Assembly (NCBI GenBank): GCA_043228905.1
Contig: JBHGNT010000016.1
Span: forward strand, 15,562,001 to 15,626,000
Source: Azolla caroliniana
Lineage: Eukaryota > Plantae > Polypodiophyta
Reading direction: 5' to 3'
Length of the DNA stretch: 64,000 nucleotides
Program-made: the position numbers and the translations under genes
Shown here: positions 38,301 to 49,679 of the stretch, piece by piece
Layout of the letters: every line of letters starts with the position of its first letter
Numbering within the stretch: position 1 is the stretch's first letter
Notes under the pieces: generated by a model
Told to the model about the DNA's origin: nothing
The model's database searches: none
What the model saw: only the letters and a program-made list of their open reading frames with translations

Positions 38301-39745
38301 ACCTGAACAAAGAGTATTTTAATGGAACGAAAGTTGTATATATGTATGGTTTCCCATTCCTATTTAATGAACAATATGTGCACAGCACACATGACCTCTT
38401 CATGGTGGTTGGTTTTGCCCTAGGTATGTCTCGCAGGATACATTTATATATCATCTTTGATTTTTTGCTATTAAAAACTGTCAAATGGAACAAGCCTTTA
38501 AAATATCAAAGAATTCAAAGAAGCCTTTAAAATGGAAAAAGCCTTTGATTTTTCAAAGTAAAAAAGGTTTATGTTATGTAACAAAGAATTTGAAGAACGT
38601 TTGTGTCATGAAGAAATGAAGGTTTATGCAATATCCACATCCTGTCAAAATTATGATCATTGCATATTGTCTACTGAGAAGAAAGAGGAAGAAGAAGAAA
38701 CATGAAGAAATAAAGGATGACATGATCATGCTAAAACTATGTTGTTGTATGCAGTGGGCGTTTTCTTCGCGATTCTAGTGTTTCAGTTCAGTATTGTACT
38801 CTCGCTTGTTATTGCCATTCTTTTGCTGATGGTAGATATCGAGGTTTATGGGCTTCTGTATCTTTTGGGAGCAAAATTGAATGGTAAGACGGAACAAATT
38901 AGTTCACATTCTTCTCACTTCAGGCTCAATTATGCCCATCATCTATTATTTCTTACTTATTGGGTTTTCCTATTGTCTTCAGCATTATCGCTCGTTAATC
39001 TTGGGATTGTGGTAAGTTTCGACTTATTTTATCACAATTCCGCATCTCTACTTGATTTTTCTTTTTCCAAAACAGCAATCAACTAGTTCCCAGTTTAGGG
39101 GAAAATAAAAAGCTTCCCCAAAACTGCAAATCAATTCCCCCCAACCCCTAAAAGAAGTTATGTTTTAATCTGTACATTTCCTTGAGAATCTGTGATGTGT
39201 TGTAATTGTGTAGATCGGTATGGCTTCGGAATTTACGTACTTGGCGAGGTCATTTTTGCTATTCAATGGAACAAGGAATGAAAGAGTACAAAAAGCTCTG
39301 GAATGGACATTCGAACCTCTCCTGCATGGGCTAGGAACCCAAATTGTCGCCACTTTACCACTTCTCTTCCTGAAGTGAGTCAAAACTTGACATCACCATG
39401 GTTCTATTTTACTTATGTTGTGAATTTAGTGATGGGTTTAGGGTTTAGGGTCAAACCCTAAACCCTAAACCCTAAACTTGATCAAATATGTTGTGAATTT
39501 AGTGATTCTTACATTCTTTTCTTTTTTTATGCTCAAGATATCACGCGTTCCGGGTGTATTACTTTGGCATGTTTGCGCTCATGGGAGTGCTAGGGTTTCT
39601 AAATGGATTTGTCCTCTTGCCCATCATACTCTCTTGGATTGGGCCCCCAACCCTAATGCATATGAAAGAACAAGCACACTTTGTCGAACTTCCGCCTGGT
39701 GTCAATAATGTCGAGGCATGTAATGGTAAAGCGAACAATGTGTAA
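30912..39745 (+). CDS. Patched (PTCH)-like 12-TM sterol-sensing-domain / RND-family transporter, ~1114 aa, 26 coding exons
   Basis: Hand-built exons, all GT-AG and phase-consistent, total 3345 nt: 30912-30917, 31295-31401, 31553-31681, 31882-32059, 32503-32779, 33146-33306, 33425-33514, 33629-33697, 34010-34126, 34232-34465, 34596-34742, 34844-34958, 35294-35481, 35977-36096, 36246-36303, 36379-36500, 36768-36861, 37058-37116, 37213-37323, 37517-37640, 37820-37932, 38225-38423, 38755-38883, 38983-39011, 39214-39374, 39538-39745. Motifs: ETDIENLWVEQNSR, PCYKLSPMDCFQEG, VVPFLTLGLGIDDVFVL, AKYYAPLF, GLNLSDI, GFPFLFNEQY, IGMASEFT, GFLNGFVLLPIILSWIGP. The first 6-nt coding exon (start) is the least certain part. 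Confidence 0.93.
35728..35850 (-). mobile_element. SINE-like repeat copy in a Patched intron
   Basis: The reverse complement TGTAGCATCAAAGTCATAAAATTGAGAGAACCCAAATTTAATCCTAACTATGGGCTAGG aligns with 27897-27956. Confidence 0.65.
35845..35952. repeat. (ATATAG)n intronic microsatellite
   Basis: Read directly in the sequence. Confidence 0.95.
37997..38062 (-). mobile_element. SINE-like repeat copy in a Patched intron
   Basis: CCATGGGAGACCAATTGTGATCTATGAGACGAGGCCTAGCCCATGGGAAGGATTGAACTT aligns with the 35728 copy. The minus strand carries a B-box-like GTTCAATCC. Confidence 0.6.
39414..39506. repeat. Head-to-head telomeric repeats (TTTAGGG)n/(CCCTAAA)n flanked by a 20-bp direct repeat
   Basis: TATGTTGTGAATTTAGTGAT occurs at 39414-39433 and 39487-39506, enclosing GGGTTTAGGGTTTAGGG-TC-AAACCCTAAACCCTAAACCCTAAAC. 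Confidence 0.9.
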
Positions 39746-41699
39746 ATGACATTTGAAACAAAAAAAGGGGGAAAAAGGCATTAAAAATTTCATTTATTAC
39801 CTTGATCTTGAGCCAAGCACAACCTTCAGTTGGGAGGTTTTATTTATTTATTAGGTTTACTTAATCTAAGAGTCATTGCTTCAATCAACCAGAAATGGAA
39901 ATCGACATATCCCAAGTGATACACACATCTGTATCAAAACTACCCATGATGGGAAGCCTACAAGAGATATGATACAAGCCCGGCCTTGAAAGCTTGGGCA
40001 AAGGGCATTATATTGGTTTTGTACATCTTTGAGTTACATTGTGTGATTCGAGCCTTCATAGTTAAAAACATGCAACTATCAGGCACATGAGAAATGTATG
40101 TAATTCTTAGATTTGGAGGGAAACTTTCTCCTTGGAGATTTCTTTATTTATATGTGCGAGATTTCTCCTTGTAAGCTTGTGTTAAGGGCATTATAATGGT
40201 TTTGTACATTATTGATTGTGTTGTTACATTTCGAGTCTTCTTTTAATATTCGAAAGTATGTAACTAATCGATGATTGTGAGCACCCACTTCTTGTTGCTC
40301 CTAAACATGGCTCCACCTTGACCTTCATGTGTTTGTGAATTATTTTACCACCTTGATTGCCTTACAACCAAGTTTGCATGGCACTAGAGTAAGAGATTAG
40401 AACGGGAGACATGATGAATATGGCTAAAAGAATTAATTGATTCACTATGTATAGAGCAACATGTTTTGTCAACAAGAAATGTACACCTACATCCATTGAA
40501 GTAGGAGAATTATTGTATTTGTTGGTTACTCCCTTTTGTTGGGTATGCGTGTTGAACAACTGTTGGGCCTCTATTTGCAAGTGGAATAAATGACCTCAAG
40601 ATTGTGAGGGAAAAGTTAATTTAGGAAGAAATTTTGTAGATAGGCTTCAAATCAAGACCTTTAGGTTAGAATAGATATATCCAAAAGAAGAATTTGGTTT
40701 CAAAATAGAGATATGGAGAAAAGGATAAGGACTATATAGTAGGGTAGACAAAGTTTTGAATCGACATCTTCATGTACAAGGGAGAAGGTAGCCACAAGAA
40801 CAAGTTGCTAGATGGAGAAGAGAAAAAAACTAAAGTAGTAGAAAAAATTGAACCCCTTGTTGATTGTTTAGATTGTAGAAAGTTGTTTTAAAAGAGGGTG
40901 GACATGCATAGTAGTCCTTTGCATGGGGGCTACTATATATGGTCATCCCTATGGTTGGGTGGACAAGCCAAGGATATATATATGTATGTATGTATGTATG
41001 TATCATGCCTTTGTTTATCATTTTCTTCTTTGTCCTCTTCCTCATGACACATGTCATCTACTTGGTACATGACTTCGTCACGTCAAAGAGGTTGCTCAAA
41101 GACTTGCAACAGATGATGAGTGTTGATATAAGGTCATGCCCTGTGGTTGGGTGGACAAGCCAATGACATATCTATATCATGCATTGAGAAGGCACACCAT
41201 TACAAGGAATTATCTTGATAGGTCCATCAAACAAAAGAAATCTCATTAACTTTGCAACAAGCATTAGAAGTACAAAACTCCCCCAAAGAACCAGGTGACA
41301 TTTGATGGTAAAAAAAGTCTCAATTTTGATCAATTTTTTCATTTGATTAGTCTTGCAATGAAGTTCCATGGTAAAAAGTCTCAATTTCAAGGCTATTATT
41401 GGATACACATATTCTTCTTATTAGTCTCACAATGAAGTTTGATGGTAAAATGTCTCAACTTCAAGGTTACTATTGGATCAATTTTTTCATGGGATACAAA
41501 AAAATGTGGATTTACTTCTTATATTTCATGAAGACCCCAATTCACTAATAGAGGCAATTAGTCAAGTTACACAATATGATAATCACTTACCCGAGTGACA
41601 TTCTAAGCATCAACAAATGTTATGACCTAGATTTGCGCATATATTTACCTTGGTGGTAGCAACACCACCTTTGAGACTTGTGCAAACACCAAAAACTAT

Positions 41700-44200
41700 T
41701 TCGATAAACAATCCCACTCAAATGAAGATCAAGGTAGCACATTGTCAAGGCACATGTTTTGATGTTGAGAATTGACAATATCAAGTAAATTGTTTATGTT
41801 TGTATTATCATTATCTAGGACACACATAGTGAGGAATTGTCCACGTCGACTTTATTGTCAAGTGAACCAAGTAAATTCCCATGGTAATCTTGTTTCCAAT
41901 TTTCCAATAAGTTCAAGTGATTCAAGTGATTCAAGTGGGCCAAGTAGATTGACCACCCTCAAAAATAGTTTTTATTGTTTTGGGCTAGCTAGACTTTGTG
42001 TTAAATTAGCGATTCTAGCCAATATCAGAACCAATTTGTTGGATAATCCATGACATGTAGAGTAAGTTCCCAACAATAATTCCATTTCATCAAATCATGG
42101 TACTAGAATTTTCATTGCACAAGTTGGCATTCATACATATAGTTGTTATCAACTCCATGTGAAGATCCATGGGAGCCAAGGCTTGTTGCATGGATCATGA
42201 ATTTTCCTTGAGAAAAAAAAATCCTCGAGTCTTTAAAAATCTTTAGAAAATTTCCGTAAGATTTTGGCATGAACCTCATATAAAAAACATCACATGAACA
42301 TCAGACATTTCCAAAATACTTATGTCTTGAGTCAACAATAAGTTGGTTGGAAACTATTTTTGACACATTTGATTTTTGATCATGTATTGCCTAGGGATGC
42401 AATTAGGAAAAGCAAATGCTTTACTTCGATTCCCTTCTATCGCAATTCATATAGGGAGTCTACTTTTTACTATTAGAAGCAAGTCTGCTTGGTTCTTGAT
42501 CTTACGTAACTCATAGTAGCTATTATCTTCAAAGCACCTACATATTTTGGCATTCTTGATTTTGTACATGTAGATTATTTATATGGCTAATTTTTCCTAT
42601 GATATTGTGAAATGCACATAGGGACACCACAATATCTTGGTTTATATTTTTCTAGAACATTCTTTTTCTCGAGATGTATGTTGTCTCGTATAAACTATAA
42701 ATATTTCAATTGGCATCATGGGCAACTCTTTTGAAGTGATCATATGTATGTCCATGATGTCCCTTCTTGACTCTGACTCCTTGTAGTGCTACTATGATAT
42801 GCTCGGCTTTAATAACCTCAACTCTATAATTTTGTTGAGGATTATGTTCACAATTATGACGTATGTTGCCAATATAAGATGTCTTCACATTGCCCACATA
42901 GGTTGTTTCAACCGTTACTAGTACCCAATAGGTCACGAAATTCATTATGTAAATTTCATTAAAGTTGTCTTGTCTTCGAAGAGTTTTCTCACAATGGAGG
43001 ATTAGTTATGAAGATGACTCATTTTCTTCCATGCACCAAGACAATCTAAAGGTAAGAGATAATATGCGAAGTTATTAGAGAACTATTTAAACATCATAGT
43101 TTCCCATATGACATTATCAATGATCATGGGGCATACTTCGTCTTGATATTTCAGAAGCACTTGCTCAAGGTACAAAGAATCTCTTATGAGCTTTGTTTGA
43201 GTTATCGTATGTAGAGTGATGGCTAGATGGAGTATAAAAACTAGACTTTTGTGTAGTACCTGTGTTGCTTCATCAACTACCAACAAGATGATTGGTTGAC
43301 TGAATCTTGCATTTGTGGAATTTTCTTACATTAATCTACTCCATTCCTCAATCAATTTAACTCCTTTCTTCACAGACTCATTTGACCATCCTCAAACTTC
43401 CAAAAATATAGAAGAATCATGTCTCTAAAAATATCACAATACAATTCCAAAATATTAAAGACAATCTCTCTCGGCATTTGCATAATGGTCCATGCACAAG
43501 TTTGTCACAAATCCTCGTTACCTCGACTCTTCAATAGAGCAATCCAAGTTTCACTTTGGGGATCGTCTATGGTTATTAAGACATAAAATGAAAATCCTCA
43601 ATCCATACCAAAATGAACCAATGTTTGAAGTTGAAGTTATTTTGGACTCCAAGATCATGCGTGACAAGGCATTTTATGTCTTCACACCTTGATCGGTGGC
43701 ACCAAAGTTGGTCCAAAATAATTATAGGAAGGAATCTATAAATATTAGCAAAGGTTTACGTCAAAGATGTAAATATTCTAACATAAATGATGTATAAAAG
43801 CTAAAATATAGGCTTTTTAGCTCTTCTTCTTTACTTTGAACTTAGGGTTGTAGTCCTATAAACCTTAAGTAAAGCCTTATGTCAAAAATGTAAATATGCT
43901 AACTTAAATGATATATAAAAGTTAAAATATAAGCGTTTTACTTCTTTTTCTTTTTCTTCACTTTGAGCTAGAGCTTTAGTTTTCTCCTCTCTCTCTCAAA
44001 ACCTTGACCCTCATCTCAAGTCTTCAGCCCGAACCTAGTTAAGTTTCATAGTAAGTGTTTGGGTTCTACTCCTTGTGTGTAAGCATGTTCAAATTTCCAT
44101 GAAGTAATAAGAATGTTTTGTTGATTACTGATTTTTTGTGTTATCCTAAGTTTAATTCAATGGCTAAGTTATTTTGGAAACGTAGGCAACACCTCTTTTA
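41700..44200 (+). mobile_element. Decayed chromovirus-type Gypsy remnant (integrase plus chromodomain, LTR-like tail)
   Basis: Integrase-like AFVEFSYINLLHSSINLTPF (~43310-43370), chromodomain-like EPMFEVEVILDSKIMRDK (~43615-43670), and a ~122-bp diverged tandem duplication at 43750-43970. Boundaries are approximate. Confidence 0.55.
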
Positions 44201-44499
44201 TTAATGTATTTTTAATTGTTTAGGAAGCAATTCGACGAGTAACCTAGTTCTACTAGAGTTGATGTTTCTATCCCTAGGATTGATTAGTTGGAAAGATGTT
44301 GGGAAAATTTGTGTGATATGTCCATAACACGTGATCCCTATCCATTTGTTTTCTTTCTATGTCCTTAAGAATTGTTATTGAATTCTACCAATTTAATTGT
44401 TGTGAGTGTTGTTCTAATGGATGCCCATGTGATGTTCTATCAAATCTTTCGTTGTATGGTTTTTTTTTTTTTTCCCAAAAAAAAAACTCCTTCCATTAA

Positions 44500-45900
44500 T
44501 TATAAAATTTTACATATGAGATTAATATATACAAATCCCTGTAGGGACGCGATAGGTCCATTTTATGTGGATGCCCACCGACTCAATAAAAGGGGGAGGT
44601 CGATCATTGCTGGATGAAGGCTAGTTGTCTTTCAACTCCATTGGAGTCGCCCTTGAGGCCATCATATTGGCTTTTTAGACTGGCTACAACTTCACTAGAT
44701 ATCTCTTGCATTAACACTATTGGCTGCGCGGTTGGAGAAGATCCCTCCTTGGATGAAGGCCATCATTGTATGGTATTTAAAAGATCCCTCCTTGGTCTCG
44801 TAATAATTCCAATGAACCTCCAAATATATTCATGTCAAACATTTTCAATCTATTACATTGTGTTGTTCTAGAAAGCTTATGCTTCCATCATGAAGTCTAG
44901 ATCAGATATGTGGAAGGATTTTATGAATAGGAGTAGTGGGTTTCATGCCATATCTTTTTCTTGATCCAACCTCTTAACATTTGTTACGTCCTTTTTGTAC
45001 AATTTTCCACCTTAATCTACTTTGCTAGTCATTTCATGGGTACTGTCACATTGAGGACCTTTTTATTTTCATGTTGAAAAAGTCCACTTTGAGAGATGCC
45101 TCTACATCCTTTAAGGTATAGCACCCCTTCTAGTTGACGAAGTTACCATGCATATGGCTAGCCTTTTCCACTCACAATTTGTTAACCCTTTTGACAAACT
45201 TTCATTCTCAAGGACTATCATCATTTCTAGGATCCAATGGTTTGCTTTATGTGGTTCTTGCTTATCATTGAATAATTCCACTGTACATCGGAAAATTTCC
45301 TATTACTTAGTACACTAGTCTATAGCACTTTGCAACTTAGAGCTGCATTATTGTGCTTCCAATTGCAATTTCACATGTGTCCACAAATCAATTTATGGAA
45401 TTCCTTATTCCAATCTAGTGGTTGCACTACTAGTTCTAGTTATTGTAACACCTTCACCTCTATATGTGTCGTCTAATCCTTTGTTCAAGTAAATGGAATT
45501 CAATGCACTAGTGCACTAGCACGTGCCATTGTATTGCTAAACCAACAACATACCATAAGATCCTAGAGTGCTAGGCTGCTAGCACATTAATTCAAGGCCT
45601 TTGTATTGATGGACCTTGGCATTTCGAGGATTGTTTTCACCTTCTTTGGGCTCATAATGATTCCCTCTTTGCTGATGATATAGCCCAAAAGTATTTCACT
45701 TGATAAAACAAATGCAAAATTTGCCAAGTTCAATTATCCTTGCATTTCTTGAAGCATAGTGTCAACGGATTTAATTGTTACTCTTTTGCTTTGAAGATAT
45801 CCAAATTGTATAAAAAGACTTGCCTAAAATTCGATGTGTAAGACTCAAAGACTAGATTTGTTAACATAGTTTCAAAAGTGTTATGGTAGGATTCACCAAG
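44500..45900 (-). mobile_element. Decayed Gypsy RT/RNase H remnant
   Basis: The minus strand gives FVLSSEILLGYIISKEGI (~45660-45715), typical of the Gypsy RT C-terminus. The rest is stop-ridden. Confidence 0.5.
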
Positions 45901-47465
45901 TGAAATATTAGAGTTAATCACAATACCAATTGCAAGTTTTCAGACACACAATCTGAATCAACACAATGATAGAATATGAAACTTTGTATATTTACGAAAA
46001 GCATTCAATTATTCATGAATTGCTCATGCTTACATAGAAATATAAAAATTGTGACTCCCAAAGGCCACAAAATGACAATGTATAGAATGACGGAACACAG
46101 AAAGAACAAACCCTATAATGGCTTTGTCTAGTATCAAAATCTACGATGTCATGGTATTCATTTTGATAAGCTATGAAGCATCAATCAGCTAACCACCACT
46201 GTAAGAATGGGGAATTGAGCCATAACATGCCACTGTAAGAATGGACACAATGAGAATAATAGGGAAGGTTCAGTTCACCATAACATGCATAAACCCAAGG
46301 TCTATTGTCCAGAACAGAGCCATCTCAACTACGCAAGCAACAAAGCCATCCATGTGCAAAAGGGCCTCGATCTAACCTTCCTGATTGACAGTATGCATGT
46401 GCATATAACAATGTGCCATCAACATGTCAAGTTTCTGTTGAGCCATTTTGTGTTATCAAACCTTAGACTTCATGGTACAATGTTTCATACCACCACTAGG
46501 CTAATCAATAAGACACTCCATATCGACATCTCTACCTTCAAGTGAGCAATCCTTACAATGATGGGAATTAAGAGCTCATGTTATAGACATACCTCTGATT
46601 CATTTGGCATTTAAAATTCCGTAATTGTCCCATCAATTTTCTTTGGTGCAAACCATCTGTCTCTTGAGTGAGTCTTTCTTTTAGGTCCCTTGGAGAAAAT
46701 GCTTTACCATGAGCTTTCATGGAAGTGGCCATCATGGATTTCGGGCTCAACGATATCTTGAAGATCTAAGCAAAATAAATAAACTCTTCCGGGAACTAGG
46801 GTTATTGAGTTTTCCTGTTGCCTTGATATTAAGGTGGCCTTATACTTGAATATGTAGTGACCCAAATGTGAAACAAGCTATCCATGACCACAAATATGCC
46901 AATAAATCGACTTAACATGGCATTACCAATAGCTTAGAACCAGAGGAGTACAATCCTCAAAACAAGAAGTTGTAATGTCATTTTTAGTGGAGATGACAGT
47001 ATTGCTTTTCAAACAGCAATGCTAAAAAAGGCATTTTCATAAAGAAACTGTTACTGAACCATCATCCACGTACCTTGAAACATTGGATCTATTGCTTCCT
47101 TGAGCTTTGGGTTTATCATAATATCAAATCTCATCATAATCAGGTATCTTTCACAAAATCAAAAACATCATAAGAACTTGGGCATCAACGTTATGTTTGT
47201 ACATATCAACTGTAGAACACACAGATTAATAATCCAAAATTTGAAGGATAAGCACCTATAACATTAAGAAAATAACAAGATCAATGTAACGGTAAGTGGG
47301 CAATTCTACCTTTTAACTTATTAAGTCGATTGTTCTCGTACTCATTTTAATCTCGTTTCTTTGGATGATCATTCATCATATACATGAGTGCATTGTCACT
47401 TCTACTACACAGACAGAAAATGAGCAATCTTTGTCTTGTTTGATTCATCCTCATGATACACATTT

Positions 47466-49679
47466 TTAACCATAACTTTCAGCATTCATCACATCATCAT
47501 CATCATCGTTGTCATCATCCCTTGCCAGGCTTCCTACAAAGTGTTGGTGAAATTTCAAATACATATCAAGCATCTTCCTTTTTTCTGCTGATTTCATTGA
47601 TGTCATCGATTTTCTCTCACATTGAACTTCTTCAAGTGCTTTCTCATTCCGGTTCTTTCTAAACACTTCCACCATCAAATCACAGAGTTGCAACGATGGA
47701 GATATCCCATTCCTCTTCATTTCCATGAACATTGCCTCTGCTTTATCAAGCTTCCCAGCTCGATAGAAACCCACGATGAATGCCTTGTAGAAATGCTCTG
47801 AGGGTTCGAATCCGTGGTTACGCATCCGGTTGTAGAATGCCCTCGCATACTTCATTTTGCCAGCTCTTGCAAATCCGCAAACCACAAAAGAATATACAAT
47901 TGAGTCAAGGCCAAACCCAGCCCTTTCCATTTCGGCACAAACTGTTGCCACTCGCCAGTACCGCCCACATTTATGAAGCGCATGAATCAGGTTCTGGTAG
48001 CTTACCCGATCGGGTTCCAGCCCTGCGGCTTTCAGCAAATCAAACACCTCCAGTGCTATGTTTGCCTCACATTTCAAGCCACAAAACTTGAGAACATGAT
48101 TATACGTGTGCAAGGAAAGGTCGAGCTTCTTGCTCTGGGCTTCAACCAATAGCTTTTTGGTGCGTTCGAAATCAGAGTCAGTCAAAAGCAATTGAATCAT
48201 TCTACTGTAAGTGAATTCATCGTGACTAAACCCATTCTTCCCTTCGACCCAAGAAAAGAACTTCCAACCAACATCAGGGCGACTGATTCGTTTCATGAGC
48301 TCGGAAACGAGATGACCATCCCATTTCACGTTAGCATGGCTAAGAGCCATGGCAGTTGTGGGTGTCCATGGTGTCATGCATCTAACTAAACCTATGTAGT
48401 TCCAGAAAGAAGCATTATTCGATGCTGCACAATCATCGTCTGCATCTTCATCATCAGTATAACTATTCTCTATAACTAATTTGGAGGGACTAATCGAATC
48501 ACAAGTGTAACTACCCATTGTAACTGTATCTGAATTTGTTCTAGTTTCAAGCTCATATTGCACAATCAGGGTTTTCCTATCTTCATGAGATGAATCCGGC
48601 CACAATTCACGCATCACTCTCTCAGCTTCATCAACCCTTCTCGTCTTCTCATCGCCCAGCAAGAACCGGAAAAAACCTGGGAAAACATGCCTATGTGGAC
48701 GGTTCCCGACTTCCTTGAATTTCCTCACAAGCTCAATAACCTCATCCATGTGACCAAATTTGGCATAACCTCTCATCAACGCTGAGAATGTCAATGCATT
48801 CGGCTTCACTTTCACCTTTGAAAGCTCCGAAAACACATCCGAGGCTGCGGTGAGCTTTCCATTATCAGCAAGATGATAAATAAGGACAGTTGATGTTTTC
48901 ACATTAGGAAAGAATCCTTCCCGCAAAAAGTGCAAGTAAAGGTCACCAGCCACATCGTACATTTTATGTATTGAGAAAACATCTAATAAGGCTGTGTAAG
49001 ACACAATGTTGGGTTTGATACCCAGCTTTTCCATGCGTTTCCATGTCCTTATCACTCCGTCGAAGCATCTCTTATTTCTATATGCAGTAAGCTGCACTGT
49101 GAACGTCTCTACCGTGGCCAGGCCTTCAGTTTCACACTCAATGGCCATTGCTTCCATGTCTTCGAGCCGTCCTGATTTCCCAAGTCGATTCATCATGGAC
49201 ACATAAACCCAGCTATCTGCTTCCTTTTTACTTTCTTCTAGATGTTTCCACCATCTGAAGAAATGCAAAGCAGGATCAACATCTCGACAGATCCTTATCA
49301 CTTCGGCAGCCAGGAATGACGTGAGCCTAATGTGATTGTTGGTGGTAGAATAAGCATTTAACTCTCTGGATAAAACGGTTGCATTCCATAGCTTCTTTGC
49401 ATTGAGCAGGTTTATGAGGTTCCGAGTGGCCTCGGATCGTTCGAAGAAGAGAGATACGGAATCGCCTCGGATTCGAGAATGAGGTGTGATCAATGCACCG
49501 TTATGATTGACCTTACCCACATCACCATCATCACCATCAGAACAAGAAGAAGTGTGAGAACAGAGGGGCCTACTTACAAGGGTGAAGGTCGGGCCGTCAG
49601 GGCAGTGCAACGGCTTTGTACTAATGGATTTGCCTGCGTCAATCGATGCTAGGAGACGCCACGCCAAGGAGGGACGCAT
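47466..49679 (-). CDS. P-class pentatricopeptide repeat (PPR) protein, ~737 aa, probably organelle-targeted
   Basis: Intact uninterrupted ORF with 35-aa PPR repeats (GIKPNIVSYTALLDVF, VKPNALTFSALMRGYAKFG, GLEPDRVSYQNLIHALHKCG) in two arrays. The N-terminus is R/S/L-rich and transit-peptide-like. The first in-frame ATG is at 49679; the ORF track start at 49697 is a GTG. No E/DYW extension is visible. Confidence 0.93.
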   Translation of the reverse strand: MRPSLAWRLLASIDAGKSISTKPLHCPDGPTFTLVSRPLCSHTSSCSDGDDGDVGKVNHNGALITPHSRIRGDSVSLFFERSEATRNLINLLNAKKLWNATVLSRELNAYSTTNNHIRLTSFLAAEVIRICRDVDPALHFFRWWKHLEESKKEADSWVYVSMMNRLGKSGRLEDMEAMAIECETEGLATVETFTVQLTAYRNKRCFDGVIRTWKRMEKLGIKPNIVSYTALLDVFSIHKMYDVAGDLYLHFLREGFFPNVKTSTVLIYHLADNGKLTAASDVFSELSKVKVKPNALTFSALMRGYAKFGHMDEVIELVRKFKEVGNRPHRHVFPGFFRFLLGDEKTRRVDEAERVMRELWPDSSHEDRKTLIVQYELETRTNSDTVTMGSYTCDSISPSKLVIENSYTDDEDADDDCAASNNASFWNYIGLVRCMTPWTPTTAMALSHANVKWDGHLVSELMKRISRPDVGWKFFSWVEGKNGFSHDEFTYSRMIQLLLTDSDFERTKKLLVEAQSKKLDLSLHTYNHVLKFCGLKCEANIALEVFDLLKAAGLEPDRVSYQNLIHALHKCGRYWRVATVCAEMERAGFGLDSIVYSFVVCGFARAGKMKYARAFYNRMRNHGFEPSEHFYKAFIVGFYRAGKLDKAEAMFMEMKRNGISPSLQLCDLMVEVFRKNRNEKALEEVQCERKSMTSMKSAEKRKMLDMYLKFHQHFVGSLARDDDNDDDDDVMNAESYG

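Noticed and set aside
39434-39477. Ancient chromosome end-to-end fusion site
   Set aside because: It lies in a 163-bp intron of an intact gene and is flanked by a local 20-bp duplication.
30912-39745. Annotation as ordinary plant NPC1
   Set aside because: There is no signal peptide or Cys-rich N-terminal sterol-binding domain before TM1, and the ECD and TM motifs match recalled PTCH better. A tree is still needed.
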